This document shows, one piece after another, positions 35,690 to 49,185 of a stretch of DNA of 64,000 nt. The notes beneath the pieces were generated by a model that ran no database searches, had not been told where the DNA came from, and saw only the letters and a program-made list of their open reading frames with translations. The first letter of the stretch is position 1. Each line of letters begins with the position of its first letter. Source of the stretch: Squalus acanthias (taxonomy: Eukaryota); contig CM059431.1 of NCBI GenBank assembly GCA_030390025.1, forward strand, positions 131,938,001-132,002,000. Reading direction: 5' to 3'. Both the position numbers and the translations under genes were made by a program.

Positions 35690-37265
35690 AAATGGCTTGA
35701 ATCAAATTCACAAATGGCATCCTCTGTGATTATGACCATAGTGCATTATCCCTCCTCAATCTCTCTGCCACCTTTGACACAGTTGACCACACAAACCTCA
35801 TCGAAAGCCTCCATTGTCCAGCTCACTGGGGCTGCCTTCACTTGGTTCCAGTATTAGCTATCTATCCAATCGTAACTAGAGCATCTCCATCAATGGTTTC
35901 TCTTCCTGGCTCCACACCGTTACCTCGGGAGTCTCCTGAGGTCCTGTTCTTCGCCGTTTCTTCTTCCTCAACAACATGCCTCATACCTCAGCCCACCTGC
36001 TGCTGAAACCCTCATCCATGATTTTGTCACCTGCAGACTTGCCTATTCCAATGCTCTCCTAGCTGGCCATCCCATCCTCTATGCTCCATAAACTTCAGCT
36101 CATCCAAAACTCTGCTACTGTATTCTATCCCTCACCAAGTCCTGCTCACCACTCCTGTCCTCGCTCACCTAAATTGACTCTTGGTCCCAGCGTGACCCAA
36201 TTTAAATCCCTGCATGGCCTTGCACCTCCCTATCCCTGTAACCTCCTCCAGCCCTACAACCTCCTCACCCGTATTCTGAGGTAAAATTGGGTGCGGGGCG
36301 CTAATGGAACGCAAATGGCTTTGTGACCGGGCGTGGCACTGACATCGACTCCCAGCATATTTGGCGGGAGTTTTGCGGCGGCGCTATGGCGTCGCGCCCC
36401 GATCACCTTCGCCTGGAGATCGTGACGTCATCGCCGTGCGCATCGCCCCAGTAGCGCCCCGGACCCGAAATTGACTTCCGCTTCCTGCAGCAGTGCCAGT
36501 CGAAAACACCGACAGCTGCAGGAGGCGTGCATTGGGCAGCTGGCCGCTTCGGGGGGGGGTGATCATTAAAGGCGAGGTGGCCAAGGTAAGTAAAAAAACG
36601 TACCTTTCCTGTTCTCGTTTTTTCCGCGGGTTACTGCCAGCGATCGATCAGCCCGGCACTCTGCTTGAGTGCCGGGCTGATCGCGTGGGATTGTGGCTGC
36701 CTTGGTGGTCCAGGTAGGTACTTTTTAAACTGCAGAGCCTGCAGCGATGGCCCTTCCCTTTAAGGGAGGGATGGAGCCTTTGAACGCGGCAGCGCTGCTG
36801 AAGTTTCCGCCCCGCTCTTCGACATTAACGCCCTAAGAAGGAAGTGGAGTACTTGATTTATCACTCATGGCGCTAAAACTCAATTTTGCAGTCGCCGGCG
36901 CTAAAGTTAGCACTCAGGCGATGTTAGCGCCCCAAAATGGTCGATACCAAATTTTTCCTCCTCTATGTTCCTCCAATTTGGCCTCTTATGCATGCTCCCC
37001 CCTCCCATTGCCCCACCATTGGTAGCCGTGCCTTCAACCATCTAGGCCCCATATTCTGGAATTCCCTCCCTAAACCCCTCTACCTCTCCTCCTTTAAGAT
37101 CCTACTTAAAACCTACCTCATTGACCATGTTGTAGGTCACTCCCCCTAATAGCTCCTTCTTTGGTTTTGGCATCCATTTTTGTCTGATTATGGCTCTTAG
37201 AAAAACATCCCAAGGTGCTTCAGTGTTAAAGGTGGTACATAAATGCAAGTAATTGTTATTGTTGC
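35690..37265 (+). mobile_element. L2-type LINE 3' fragment, split by a MITE
   Basis: ctctctgccacctttgacacagttgaccac (LSATFDTVDH), KLQLIQNSA, LHGLAPPY and tail aaatgcaagt..gttgttg. Confidence 0.8.
36278..36961. mobile_element. Harbinger-type MITE (family A)
   Basis: TSD TCT (36275-36277, 36962-36964); interior homologous to 4093-4809. Confidence 0.85.
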
Positions 37266-39892
37266 AGTAGTCATCTGGCAACTTGAGGTCTGGTCCCCTC
37301 TGTAAACAGAAGTGGGTGTGTGGGTAGTTTAAGAGCTGGCACTGCACAGACAAAATGGGCTGAATGGCTTTCTGTGCTGTAAATTCAACGATTCAATGAA
37401 AAATACACCCACAAAATTATATATACTAGTTGTGGCATTGCTCATGGATGAAAGGAAAAATTAAAGACCTGATTTTAACTCCGGGCACAAGTGCAGCGTG
37501 CAGAGGCTGAGGCAGGTGACAAATTAGACAACCATCTGCAAAGTGAGGCCCAGGAGAGTTTGACTCGCAGGCCTCATTTAAATGATGGAACTGGGGCTCT
37601 TACCCGAACCCAGTAGGAAACACTACTTGGCCAACCGGCGGGAGCAGTATTTCTCACAGGAACTCTCTGCTGGGGACCCGAGGCATCGAGCCCTGGCATC
37701 AGGTAAGTTGTCAGGGGGGAGTCCTAAGGCGATTGCGGGTGAAAGAGTGGGAGGGAAGCCCAGGATAGGGGAGGCCCAACATTTCCTTGTGGGGCCCGGA
37801 GGAGTGCTCCGGTTCCTCCAGCCCACAAGGAAGTCTAACAAAAAATTAAGAATAATTACTTCAGTTGGTGTCTTCTTACTCTGCTCCTGCTTTCCGTCAG
37901 ATTTTGCTGGTGGCTCCAGCACAGAGCGTCACTGCTATGATCAGCAGTTAGATGACATCAGAATCCGAATGATATAATCGGGCCCCGACATATAAATATT
38001 GATGTGGTGCCCCCCTGCCTGCCTACGGCAATTAATAGAACACCTCAGGTATGCGGTGGGGAGTGCCCGACCACCATTTTAACCATCCGTCTGCCCCGTT
38101 CCCGCAGTAAAATTGTCCCTAAAATTTCTAACGCTGTCTTCCTGTGACTGTCTCTGCTAGTCTCTAACTCTTTAATTAGCCAAATGAGCACAACTGTAAT
38201 AATGTTGAACATTAACTACTTGACGGGAACAATTCAGTTGCCTATTTTTATTTAGTCCTTCTTTATATCCAAAATATCTACCAAGGTCCTGCCTGAGAAA
38301 CAGTATAAATATTCATAAATATTATTAAGCCTGAATTTTCAATGTAGATTTCAGTACTTTAACTTAATCTATAACCCAATAAAGATTATATAGAGACTAT
38401 AAGAGATAGCGAGGAGTAGTTTACAAGGTTGTAACACACTCGAGGTTCAAATTTCATGTACAAAAAGAGAAAGGCACGTCAAGGCATTCTTTATTTTTTA
38501 CAATATGATAGCAGATTCATTTATTTTTACAGTTGTTTTCTATAGGTTCTCTATAGGGGTTTTAACAGGAGCATTCTCATGTTCCATAATAGCTGCAGTC
38601 AGGGTTGTGTCATGAGACAGGAATGTCAGTGTTTTACAGCAGCGTGAGAAAAGGCATGAGATGTAATGAGATCAGCTGACACAATGATGGTTTTAATGAC
38701 AAATAACACAGTGGGGCTGCAATTCCGCAGAAGTTCCGCCATAACTCTGGTGAAAAATCAGCGAATCCTCCAGGTGACCAGCAGAGACTTGTTGTGCTAG
38801 CTCTCCACTGTTTCTGGGATTTTCCTCCTTCCTTCTTTACGATGGACAAATGACAGTCAGGGGATGGAGTCTCCTAATCCAACAGTTCCTACTCCCAAGG
38901 CTGATAGGGGACCTGACATAGTAGTGGCAGCCAGTACTTCAAGTGAGAGGATGTATACCAGCCTCCACTAAGATGTATCTGGGCCTCACCAGTGAGGTCC
39001 AGGCTAGGGTACTACAGATCATCAGAGGGCTGATTGGGCCATTGGCAGGTCATGGAGGACCTGGGCAACATGCTCTCCCCTCCCCCATGGGCTGACAGAT
39101 GCCAGAGTTTCCAGCAGGCATGGGCAGGTGGGTGCTGGAGATAAACCTGAAGTGGTGTTTGTGCCCGCCTGAACTGTGCAAATGAGATGCCCTCCCACTG
39201 ATTCTGCAAAATCCAGGATTGTGATTCCAAGGACTCTCTATCTTACAAATGTCAAAGATTATATTTTTTTTTGTGGAAAATCCATATTAGGATGCATTTC
39301 CACAATCTGTAATATATTAAAAGTCTTGTATGTAGTGTGCACTTCCTGTCATTGTTACACTATTATAAGGCAGCATATCCTCCGACTCTCTGTGAACAAT
39401 GCCAAGGGAGATCCGCCAGTGAAGTTATTAAAAGTTGCTTTATTTTTCATAAAATCTCAAGGTCACGTATTCATAAGACAATCAATATTTGAAATACTAA
39501 AACTATTGGCAGAGCACTGAAAAGCCTGAAAGTCTTTGATGCCCAAAGAGGTTCACTAAGTCAGGCATGGTAGGAAATAATCTTGTGAAACACCATCCAA
39601 CTGAGCAGCAGGTTGTTGGTTGCAACTACTTTACAGAGTGCCATTATCTGGAAGAAGCAAGGTTTAACATATTACTCTGTCATAGATGTCAATGGCCGGA
39701 ATTTTTACTTGGAGGCAGATGGGGAGCGGGGGCCTGGAATGCAGACGGGAAACCCAGGAGAACAGGTTTCCATCAGGCCTTGATGAATTTGACAGTAGGG
39801 CATGAGTTAATTTTTAAAAATCTGTTTCCCACCTGGAGCCAGCCAGATTGAGAGACTGGCTGGCTGGCGGGTGGAAAGGCTGGGATCGTCAT

Positions 39893-40445
39893 AGGGGTCG
39901 GGGGCCAGGATCGGTGGAGGGGGTCGGGGGCCAGGATCGGTGGAGGGGGTCGGGGGCCAGGATCGGTGGAGGGGGTCTGGGGCCAGGATCGGTGGAGGGG
40001 GTCGGGGGCCAGGATCGGTGGAGGGGGTCGGGGGCCAGGATCGGTGGAGGGGGTCGGGGCCAGGATCGGTGGAGGGGGGCGGGGGCCAGGATCGGTGGAG
40101 GGGGTCGGGGCCAGGATCGGTGGAGGGGGTCGGGGGCCAGGATCGTCCGAGGGGGTCGGGGGCCAGGATCGGTGGAGGGGGTTGGGGCCAGGATCGGTGG
40201 AGGGGGTCGGGGGCCAGGATCGGTGGAGGGGGTTGGGGCCAGGATCGGTGGAGGGGGTTGGGGCCAGGATCGGTGGAGGGGGTCGGGGCCAGGATCAGTG
40301 GAGGGGGTTGGGGCCAGGATCGGTGGAGGGGGTTGGGGCCAGGATCGGTGGAGGGGGTTGGGGCCAGGATCGGTGGAGGGGGTCGGGGGCCAGGATCGGT
40401 GGAGGGGGTCGGGGGCCAGGATCGGTGGAGGGGGTCGGGGGCTAG
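39893..40445. repeat. G-rich minisatellite, 25-26-bp unit GGGGCCAGGATCGGTGGAGGGGGTCG, ~21 copies, inside a family C-like MITE remnant starting ~39693
   Basis: CCAGG recurs at 39905, 39931, 39957 and onward; flank ccagccagattgagag is shared with 62345-62360. Confidence 0.95.
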
Positions 40446-42210
40446 GTTCATCGGAGTGGGTCCCCAACACGTGCACAAACAAGCAGATGAGGTGATCAAG
40501 TGCTGCCTTGTATGAAACAAATGCAGTCTTATCATTAGAAAATGTTGGTGAATTTCAGCACTCAGCAGGCGAAGTGTAATTTATTGCTAATAATTTTAAT
40601 CCACACCTTGCACTTTTTTGCTTGTATCCGACACAGTAAATCACTGCAGATTATCATAGCTATATCCAACTAAATATTGGGAAGACCGAAGCCATTGTCT
40701 TCGGTCCCCGTCACAAACTCCATTCCCTAGCCATCGACTCCATCCCTCTCCCTAGCATCTGTCTGAGGATGAACCAGACTGTTCGCAACCTTGGTATCAT
40801 ATTTATGCTGAAATGAGCTTCTGACCACATATACATGCCATAACTAAGACCGTCTATTTCCACCTCTATAACGGCACCCGATTCCGCCTCTGCCTCAACT
40901 CATCTGCTGCTGAAACCCTCATCAGAGTGGTCTGCACAGAGTGATCTTAAACAGAGTGCTTCTAAACAGAGTGTTAAAGTTGGGAATTTGGAGAGAGGGT
41001 GAATTTGGAGCAGGGTGGAAGAAGGTGCTGCTTTTTGCCTCCAAAAAAAGGACTGCTTTGTGTTACAGGTAAATATTTAACTTAAACTAAACGATATGCT
41101 AAATTAATTAAATACATAAACTTTAATTTCCTAAATAAATAAAACATGATTATATAGGGATGACAGTGCAGGTGGTGTGCCGCAACTGCAGCATGTGGGA
41201 GTTTGTGGAGAGCATCACGATCCCGGACGACCACGTTTGCAGTAAGTGTCTGCATCTCGAGGAACTTCAGCTCAGAGTTGTTGAGCTGGAGTCCGAAGTG
41301 CAGACATTGCGGGGCATCAGGGAGGGGGAGAGTTATCTGCACACTTTGATCCAGGAGGCAGTCACACCCCTTAGCTTAGGTAGTGGTACAGGTCTGGTTA
41401 GTGGTCAGGGACAGGAGGGTGTGACTGCAACTCAGGCAGGTAAGAGGAACCCAGGTACAGTGCTGAGGAGCGTTGACCTTTGCCCTTATCTAACAGGTAT
41501 GAGGTTCTTGCAGTCTGTGTGGATGAGGGAAAAGTCTGCAGGGTGGATGAGCAAACTGGCCGTGGCACAGGTGGCCATTCAAGTGGAGGGAGTGAAAAGG
41601 AATGTTGTAGTGGTAGGGGACAGTATAGTCAAGGGGATAGGTTCTCTGCAGCCGCAACCGGGAGTTCCGAAGGCTGTGTTGCCTGCCCGGTGCCAGGGTT
41701 AAGGATATCATCTCGCAGCTGGAACAGAATTTGGAGTGGGAGGGGGAGGATCCAGTTGTCGTGGTCCACATAGGAAGGAACGACATAGGTAGAACTCGGA
41801 ATGAGGTTCTGCTGAGAGAGTTTGAGGAGCTAAGGTCCAAATTAAAAAGCAGAACGTCACAGGTAATAATTTCTGGATTGTTACCTGAGCCATGTGCAAA
41901 TTGGCATAGGGACACGCAGATCAGAGAGTTAAATGCGTGGCTCAAAGAGTGGTGTGGGAGGAAGGGGTTTCAATTCATGGGGCACTGGCACCAGTACTGG
42001 GGAAAGAAGGAGCTGTTCCGTTAATACGGTCTTCACTTAAACCAGGCTGGGATATCGAATAACTAGGGTTGTAGATAAGGCTTTAAACTGAAAAGTCGGG
42101 GGGAGGGGTCAGATGAGGGGAAATTTAGAAATCTAAAGAGAAAAGTCAAGGCAATGGAGCAGTGTAGCAATTTGGGTAAAGATAAGCAGAGTGTGACAGG
42201 AAGGAACAGA

Positions 42211-42928
42211 GGGGGCAAAATTGGGTGCCTTTGTGCCTCCCGTTAGCACCCCTGACTTTGCGACCGGGTGCGGCGCTGACATCGACTCCCGCCATAATCG
42301 GCGGGAGTTTTGTGGCGGCGCTACAACGTTGCGCCCCGATCTCCTTCGCCCGGAGATCGTGACGTCATCATCGTGCACATTGCCCCGGTAGCGCCCCAGA
42401 CCCGATATTGACTTCCGCCCCCTGTAGCAGCGCCGGTCGAAAACACCGACAGCTGCAGGGGGCATGCATCGGGCGGTCGGCCGCTTTGGGGTTGATGATT
42501 AAAGGCGAGGTGACCAAGGTAAATAAAAAGAAACCTTACCTTTCTTGATCCCGTTTTTTTTGCTGGTTCCTGCCCGCGATCGATCAGCCCGGCACTCTGC
42601 TTGAGTGTCAGGCTGATCGTGTGGGCTCACGGCTGCCTTGGTGGTCCAGGTAGATAATTTTTATATTGCAGAGCCTGCAGCGATGGCCCTTCCCTTTGAA
42701 CGCGGTAGTGCTGCACGGCCCAGTGTGCAGCGCTGCTGAATTCTCCGCCCCTGCCTGCTGCCGATTGCGCTCCAGGAAGGAAGTGGAGCGTTTGATTTAG
42801 CGCTCCACTTCCTTCCTGGAGTGCAAAAACAAATCTTTTAAAAGTTTAGAAACATTAGCACCTGGCGCTAGTTTTCTCAACTTCTAAAATTTAGCGCCCC
42901 AAACGGGGCTATAATGAATTTCTTCCCC
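42211..42928. mobile_element. Harbinger-type MITE (family A)
   Basis: GGGGGCAAAATT / AATTTCTTCCCC, TSD AGA (42208-42210, 42929-42931). Confidence 0.85.
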
Positions 42929-44257
42929 AGAGAGTTTACCAGTAATAATGCATCAGCGAATGAGGTGAACGCAGGGAATAATGGTTAAAAAGTTAAAATT
43001 AAAGGCTCTTTATCTGAATGCACGAAGCATTCGTAACAAGATAGACGAATTAGTGGCACAAATAGAAATAAATGGCTTTCATCTAATAGCCATTACAGAG
43101 ACGTGGTTGCAAGGTGACCAAGGTCGGGAACTAGACGTTTCGAAAAGACAGGCAGAATGGAAAAGGAGGGGGGTAGCCCTGATAATAAAGGATGACATAA
43201 GGAATGTGGTGAGAAAGGATCTTGGCTTGCAAAATCAGGAAGTAGAATCAGTAAGGGTGGAAATAAGAAATAACAAGAGGCAGAAAACATTGCAGGGAAC
43301 TGTTTATTGGCCCAAAAACAGTAGCTATACCATTGGTATTAATCAACAAATAATTGGCGATTGTAATAAATAATCAATAATCATGGGGAACTTTAATCTT
43401 CATATAGACTGGGCAAATCAAATTGGCAAAGGTAGTCTGGAGGACGAGTTCATGGAATGCATTCAAGACAGTTTCCTAGAACAATACATCATAGAACCAA
43501 CCAGGGAACAGGCTATTTCAGATCTTGTATTGTGCAATGAGACTGGGTTAATTAGTAATCTTATCATAATGGATCCTCTGGGGAAGAGTGATCAAAATAT
43601 GATAGAATTTCACATTGAATTTTGAGAGTGAAATACTTCAGTCGGAAACGAGAGTCTTAAACTTAAAGTCAGCTACACAGGTATGAGGGGTGAGTTGGCT
43701 AAAGTAGATCAGGAAATTAGATTAAAATGTATGACGGTATATAAGCAGTGGCAAACATTTAAAGAAATATTCCAAAGTTCTCAACGAATATTCATTCCAT
43801 TGAGAAATAACTCCACGGGAAAAGTAAACCATTCGTGGCTAACTAAAGAAGTTAAGGATAGTATTAGATCAAAAGAAGAGGCTTATAATGTTACGAAGAA
43901 TAATACTAAGCCTGAGGATTGGGAGAGCATTAGAAACCAGCAAAGGATGACCAAAAAATTGATAAAAAGGGAGAAAATAGAATGAGAGTAAACTAGCAAG
44001 AAATATAAAAAACAGATTGTAAGAGCTTCTACAAGTATGTAAAAAGGAAGAGAGTAGCAAAAGTAAACATTGGTCCCTTAGAGGCTGAGACAGGTGAAAT
44101 TATAATGGGGAATAAGGAAATGGCAGAGACTTTAAACAAATATTTTGTATCTGTCTTCACAGTAGAAGACACAAAAAGCAGATGAAAAATAGTGGGGAAC
44201 CAAAGGGCTAATAAGAGTGAGGAACTTAAAGTAATTAATATCAGCAGAGAAAAACTA

Positions 44258-45475
44258 CCTTTACATAGGATATATGGCACAGAAACAGGCCATTCGGCCC
44301 AACCAGTCCATGCCGGCATTTATGCTCCACTCGAGCCTCCTCCCATCTTTCCTTATCTAAATCTATCAGCATAACCCTCTATTCCCTTCTCCCTCATATG
44401 CTTATCTAGCCTCCCCTCAAATACATCTATACTATTCGTTTCAACCACTCCCTGTGGTAGCGAGTTCCACATTCTCACCACTCTTTGGGTAAAGAAGTTT
44501 CTTCTGAATTCCCTATTGGATTTCTTGGTGATTATCTTATATTGATGGCCTCTAGTTTTGCTCTTCCCCACAAGTGGAAACATTCTCTCTGTATCCACTC
44601 TATCAAAACCTTTCATAATTTTAAAGACCTCTATTAGGTCACCTTTTTTCAAGAGAAAAGAGACCCAGCCTGTTCATCCTTTCCTGATATGTATACCCTC
44701 GCATTTCTGGTATCCTTGTAAATCTTCTCTTCACCCTCTCCAGTGCCTCTATATTCTCTTTATAATATGGCAACCAGAACTGTACGCAGTGGTCTAACCA
44801 AGGTTTGATACAGGTTTAGCATAACTTCCCTACTTTCCAATTCTATACCTCTAGAAATAAACGCTAGTGCTTGGTTTGCTTTTTTTATGGCCTTGCTAAC
44901 CTGTGTTGCAACTTTTAGTGATTTCTGTATTTGCACTTTGAGATCCCTTTGTTCCTCTATCCCACCTAGAGTCGCACCCTCCAAGTAATAAGTGACCTCC
45001 CTATTCTTCCTACCAAAATATAATACCTTACATTTACCTGTGTTGAACTTCATTTGCCAATTATATGCCCATTCTGCAAGTTTATTAATGTCCTCCTGTA
45101 ATTTGTTGTAGTCCTCCTCAGTATTGACTATACCCCCCAATTTGGTGTCATCCGCAAATTTAGAATTTGTGTTTTTGATTCCAAAGTCTAAATCATTATT
45201 ATAAATTGTGAACAACAGTGGTCCCAGCACTGATCCTTGTGGAACACCACTACCCACTGTGAATAGCTACCGTTTACCCCTACTCACTGCTTTCTGTCTT
45301 GAAGCCAGCTAGCTACCATTCTGCTACTTGTCCCCTGACTCCGCATTCTCTGACCTTGTTCATCAGTCTATTATGGGGTACCTTGTCGAAGGCCTTTTGA
45401 AAATCTAGATAAATTACATCTACTGTATTACCATTGTCTTCTCTCCCTGTTACCTCTTCAAAAAATTCAATTAGT
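44258..45475 (-). mobile_element. Antisense CR1 3' fragment nested in the 40924-46259 CR1
   Basis: ORFs 44760-45257 (GVPQGSVLGP, FADD) and 44353-44652; 3' UTR at 44260-44330. Confidence 0.9.
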
Positions 45476-47414
45476 TTGATAGGAAAATAGAAAATAGAAT
45501 ATTTTTTAAATGGTGAAAAACTATTAAATGTTGGTGTTCAAAGAGATTTAGATTTCCTGTGTTACAGGAAACACAAAGTTACCAAACAGATACAGCAAGC
45601 AATTAGGAAGGTAAATGGCATGTTGGCCTTTATTGCAAAGGGATTGGAGTACAAGTGTAAAGAAGTCTTACTACAATTGTAGAGGACTTTGGTGAGACTA
45701 CACCTGTGCACAGATTTGGTCTCCTTATCTGAGAAAGGACATACATGCCTTAGAGGCGGTGCAACGAAGGTTCACTAGATTGATCCCTGGGATGAGAGGG
45801 CTGTCCTATGATGTGAAATTGTGTAGAATAGGCCCATACTCTCTGAAGTTTAGAAGAGTGAGAGGTGATCTCATTGAAACGTATAAGATTCTGAGGGGGA
45901 TTGACAGGTAAGATGCTGAGAGGTTGTTTCCCCTGGCTCGAGAGTCTGGAACTAGGGCGCATAGTCTCAGGATAAGGGGTCAGCCATTTAAGACTGAGAT
46001 GAGGAGGAATTTCTTCACGCAGTAGGTTGTGAATCTTTGGAATTCTCTACCCCAAAGGGCTTTGGATGCTGAGTCGTTGAGTATATTCAAGGCTGCGATA
46101 GATATATTTTTGGACTCTAGGGGAATCAAGGGATATGGGGATCGGACGGGAAAGTGGAGTTAAGGTCAAAGATCAGCCATGATCTTATTGAATGACAGAG
46201 CAGGCTCGAAGGGCCGTATAGCCTACTCTTGCACCTACCCCTTATGTTCTTAAGTTCTTATCCATGCCTTTGTTACCTCTAGACTTGACTATTCCAACGC
46301 ACCCCTGGCTGGCCTCCCACGTTCTACCCTATGTAAACTTGCTACCTATCCAAAACTCTGCTACCCTTGTCCTAACTCACACCTAGTCCTGTTCACCCAT
46401 CACCCCTGTGCTCGCTGATCTACATTGGCTTCCAATTAAGCATCGTCTCGATTTTAAAATTCTCACCCTTGTTTTCAAATCCCTCCATGGCCTCGCCCCT
46501 CCCTATCTCTGTAATCTCCTCCTGCCCCACAACCACCGAGATATCTGCGCTTCTCTAATTCTGGCCTCTTGAGCATCTCTGATTTTAATCGCTCAACCAT
46601 TGATGCCCTTGGCTTCAGCTGCCTAGCTGCCTAGGCCCTAAGCTCTGGAATTCCCTTCCTAAACCTCTCCGCCTCTTTACCTCTCTTTCCTCCTTTAAGA
46701 CACGCCTTAAAACCTACTTCCCTAATTTCTCCTTATGTGGCTCGGTGTCAAATTTTGTTGTATAATGCTCCTGTGAAGTGTCTTGGGACGTTTTACTACG
46801 TTAAAGCTGCTATATAAAGACAAGTTGTGTTGTTGTGATTATTGATTGAGCCAGAAGAAGGCTATGCTATAGATCTGGCTGTATCCTTTCTGAACAGACA
46901 AAATCTGGGTTTCTGAATTGACAGCTAACTATTGCTTTGAGAATGACAGCCACTTGAAACCTGTTAAATTCAATACCCGTGAAAGAAAAGGTCATTTCCT
47001 TGCCATCTCTGACTCTCTCAAAAAATGGTGTAGATATTAACCCTGCCCCTCCCCCCATCCTACGACAGGCCGGAGTGGGTCTGGGGGGGTGGTTAAAAAT
47101 TCAAAATAGCGAAACGCGATCCCAACCAGCCACGTACAGCCTGCCGCCATTTTTACAGCGGCTGGTTGCATGGCATGTCTGTGTCCCACTCTCGAGAGGC
47201 GGGCACCTCATTATAATATTTAAATCAGGCTCCCACCGTGCAGTTGGGAGCCTAATTTAAATTTAACACTGGCTGGCTGGCTTACCCAGGGATCGGAAAA
47301 CCCAGCAGCGAATGGAGATAGGAGCAGCTGGATCAAGCAAGTAAATGCTTTTTATTGCACTGCTTGTGAGCCAGGAGGAGCCTCTCCTCGCTGCCGCGAT
47401 CGGCCGATCCCCAT

Positions 47415-48005
47415 CATGTCCCAATCTTTGCCTCCCTCTCTTCTGATTACCGCCCTCCGACACCCCATCATGCCCCAATCTTTGCCTCCCTCTCTTCCGA
47501 TTACCGCCCTCCGACTCCCCCACCATGCCCCAATCTTTGCCTCCCTCTCTTCCGATTACTGCCCTCTGACTCCCCCACCACCATGCCCCAATCTTTGCCT
47601 CCCTCTCTTCCGATTACTTGCCTCCGACTCCCCCATCATGCCCCAATCTTTGCCTCCCTCTCTTCCGATTACCGCCCTCCGACTCCCCCACCATGCCCCA
47701 ATCTTTGCCTCCCTCTCTTCCGATTACTTCCCTCCGACTCCCCCACCATCATGCCCCAATCTTTGCCTCCCTCTCTTCCGATTACTTCCCTCCGACTCCC
47801 CCACCATGCCCCAATCTTTGCCTCCCTCACTTCCAATTACTGCCCTCCGACTCCTCCCACCCTCCCACCATGCCCCAATCTTTGCTTCCCTCTCTTCCAA
47901 TTACTGCCCTCCACACACCCCCCCACCATGCCCCAATCTTTGCCTCCCTCTCATCCAATTACTGCCCTCCACACCCCCCACCCTCCCACCATGCCCCAAT
48001 CTTTA
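47415..48005. repeat. C-rich minisatellite, ~55-bp unit (54-64), ~11 copies, inside a family C-like MITE (~47028-48282)
   Basis: ATGCCCCAATCTTTGCCTCCCTCTCTTCCGATTAC recurs at ~47416, 47470, 47525, 47583, 47638, 47693 and onward. Confidence 0.95.
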
Positions 48006-48959
48006 ACTCCCTCCCGAATACAGCCCTATGACAATTTTTTTTGGCCCGTTGCACAGTTTTGCACATGTGTGAAATTTAACATTGGAACAGCCAGTCCCGG
48101 GCTGTGCGAGGCCACGCTGACCAAGCTGTCAATCTGGCCAGCTGCCGGGCAGAAAATAGAATTAAAAAATGATAAAGGGGTCCTGCTGTTAAATTCGGCA
48201 GGACTTCCAGTTCTCGGGATTTCCAGCTTTCCTGACCGTAAACACACCTTCCCTCCCTGCCTCCCCATAAAAATTTGGGCCAATATGTCTGGAAGGAACT
48301 TCCCAACAAAAGGTCATTATCCAAAACATTTAATCCTTTTGGTAATTTCCTTTACTACATGGAACTTTATCTCTGCATGTCATCCTGAACAATTTGACAG
48401 CTTCAGATAGCTGGTCATGAATTCTTGCTTCCAAAGCTCACTGTTTACCATTTTATTCTGATTTTTTTTGCCTGTGCTCTCAACTGATTCTCATTAACAC
48501 TGGGCACAAATAAATTTGGACTTGCTTTCATAAGCTGAGATACAGATTGCTCTTTCAGTGAATCTACAATTTATTTTTAATGCACTGAACTTATTTTGAT
48601 ATAAAGAAAATCCTTTATAATAAAATCCTTTATAAGAAACAAGAAAAATGTATTTTGATCTATCAAGCCTGACCATTTTTCATAATTCAACCCCACCTAC
48701 TCATATTCTCAACATGGAGTAAAACTTTCTCTGTGCATTGTGTACAACAAAATTGTAAGCCCATTTATAAGGAACCAGTTTAGAATTTCATAACATATAG
48801 CACATAGGCTACCTTCCTATATCCCTCATTCTTTTCTCTGGAAAAGCAACAAGTTGTACTGTTCCTTTCAATTGCCTTCTCTAGTAACTTGTTTGACAAC
48901 TCTATTACCCTTTGAGTCAAAAAGTTATATCTGATATCCCTTTTTAGTCCAAATTTATG

Positions 48960-49185
48960 CCCTTTAAATAAGACATTAAATTGAGGCCTCTCTGCGCAGG
49001 TGAATTTTAAAGATCCCATGCTACTATTCAAAGATCAGAGACTTCTCGATGTCTTGGTCAACATTTGTCCCTCAACCAACAACATATTAACTAAGCATTC
49101 ATATCAGAGCTGTTTGTCATATGCACCAAATGACTGCCCATTTATCTACATCATAATAGTCACCACTTCAAAGTAATTCACTGTC
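48960..49185 (+). mobile_element. Degenerate DeuSINE-like SINE; its tail resumes at ~49765
   Basis: aaagatcccatgctactatt..cacttcaaagtaattca, homologous to the reverse complement of 17270-17520. Confidence 0.6.

Larger units (their letters stand above)
40924..46259 (+). mobile_element. Near full-length decayed CR1 (5' UTR, ORF1 zinc finger/leucine zipper/esterase, ORF2) with nested insertions
   Basis: CRNCSMWE..HVCSKC, LQLRVVELESEVQTL, VVVGDSIV and VHIGRNDIG in ORF1; YLNARS and ITETW in ORF2; 3' UTR and tail at 46170-46259. Confidence 0.9.
40660..46835 (+). mobile_element. L2 LINE 3' fragment (40660-40923 plus 46260-46835), split by a CR1
   Basis: gctgaaaccctcATC|..|ATCcatgcctttgttacc rejoins; LHWLPIKHRLDFKIL at ~46419. 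Confidence 0.85.

Noticed and set aside
37466..39215. Additional degenerate MITE-like segments (~37466-38120 and ~38712-39215; also ~1-190 and ~12871-13097)
   Set aside because: They share motifs with the MITE families, but TIRs and TSDs are too decayed to fix boundaries.
39893..40445. Regular short repeats resembling a CRISPR array
   Set aside because: Head-to-tail units with no unique spacers, no cas genes, and a vertebrate context.
39807..40535. Long Pro/Gly/Arg-rich ORFs on both strands (159-242 aa)
   Set aside because: Translations of a stop-free 25-26-bp minisatellite; open in nearly all frames.
47416..48410. Pro-rich ORFs of 137-275 aa
   Set aside because: Derived from the ~55-bp tandem repeat.
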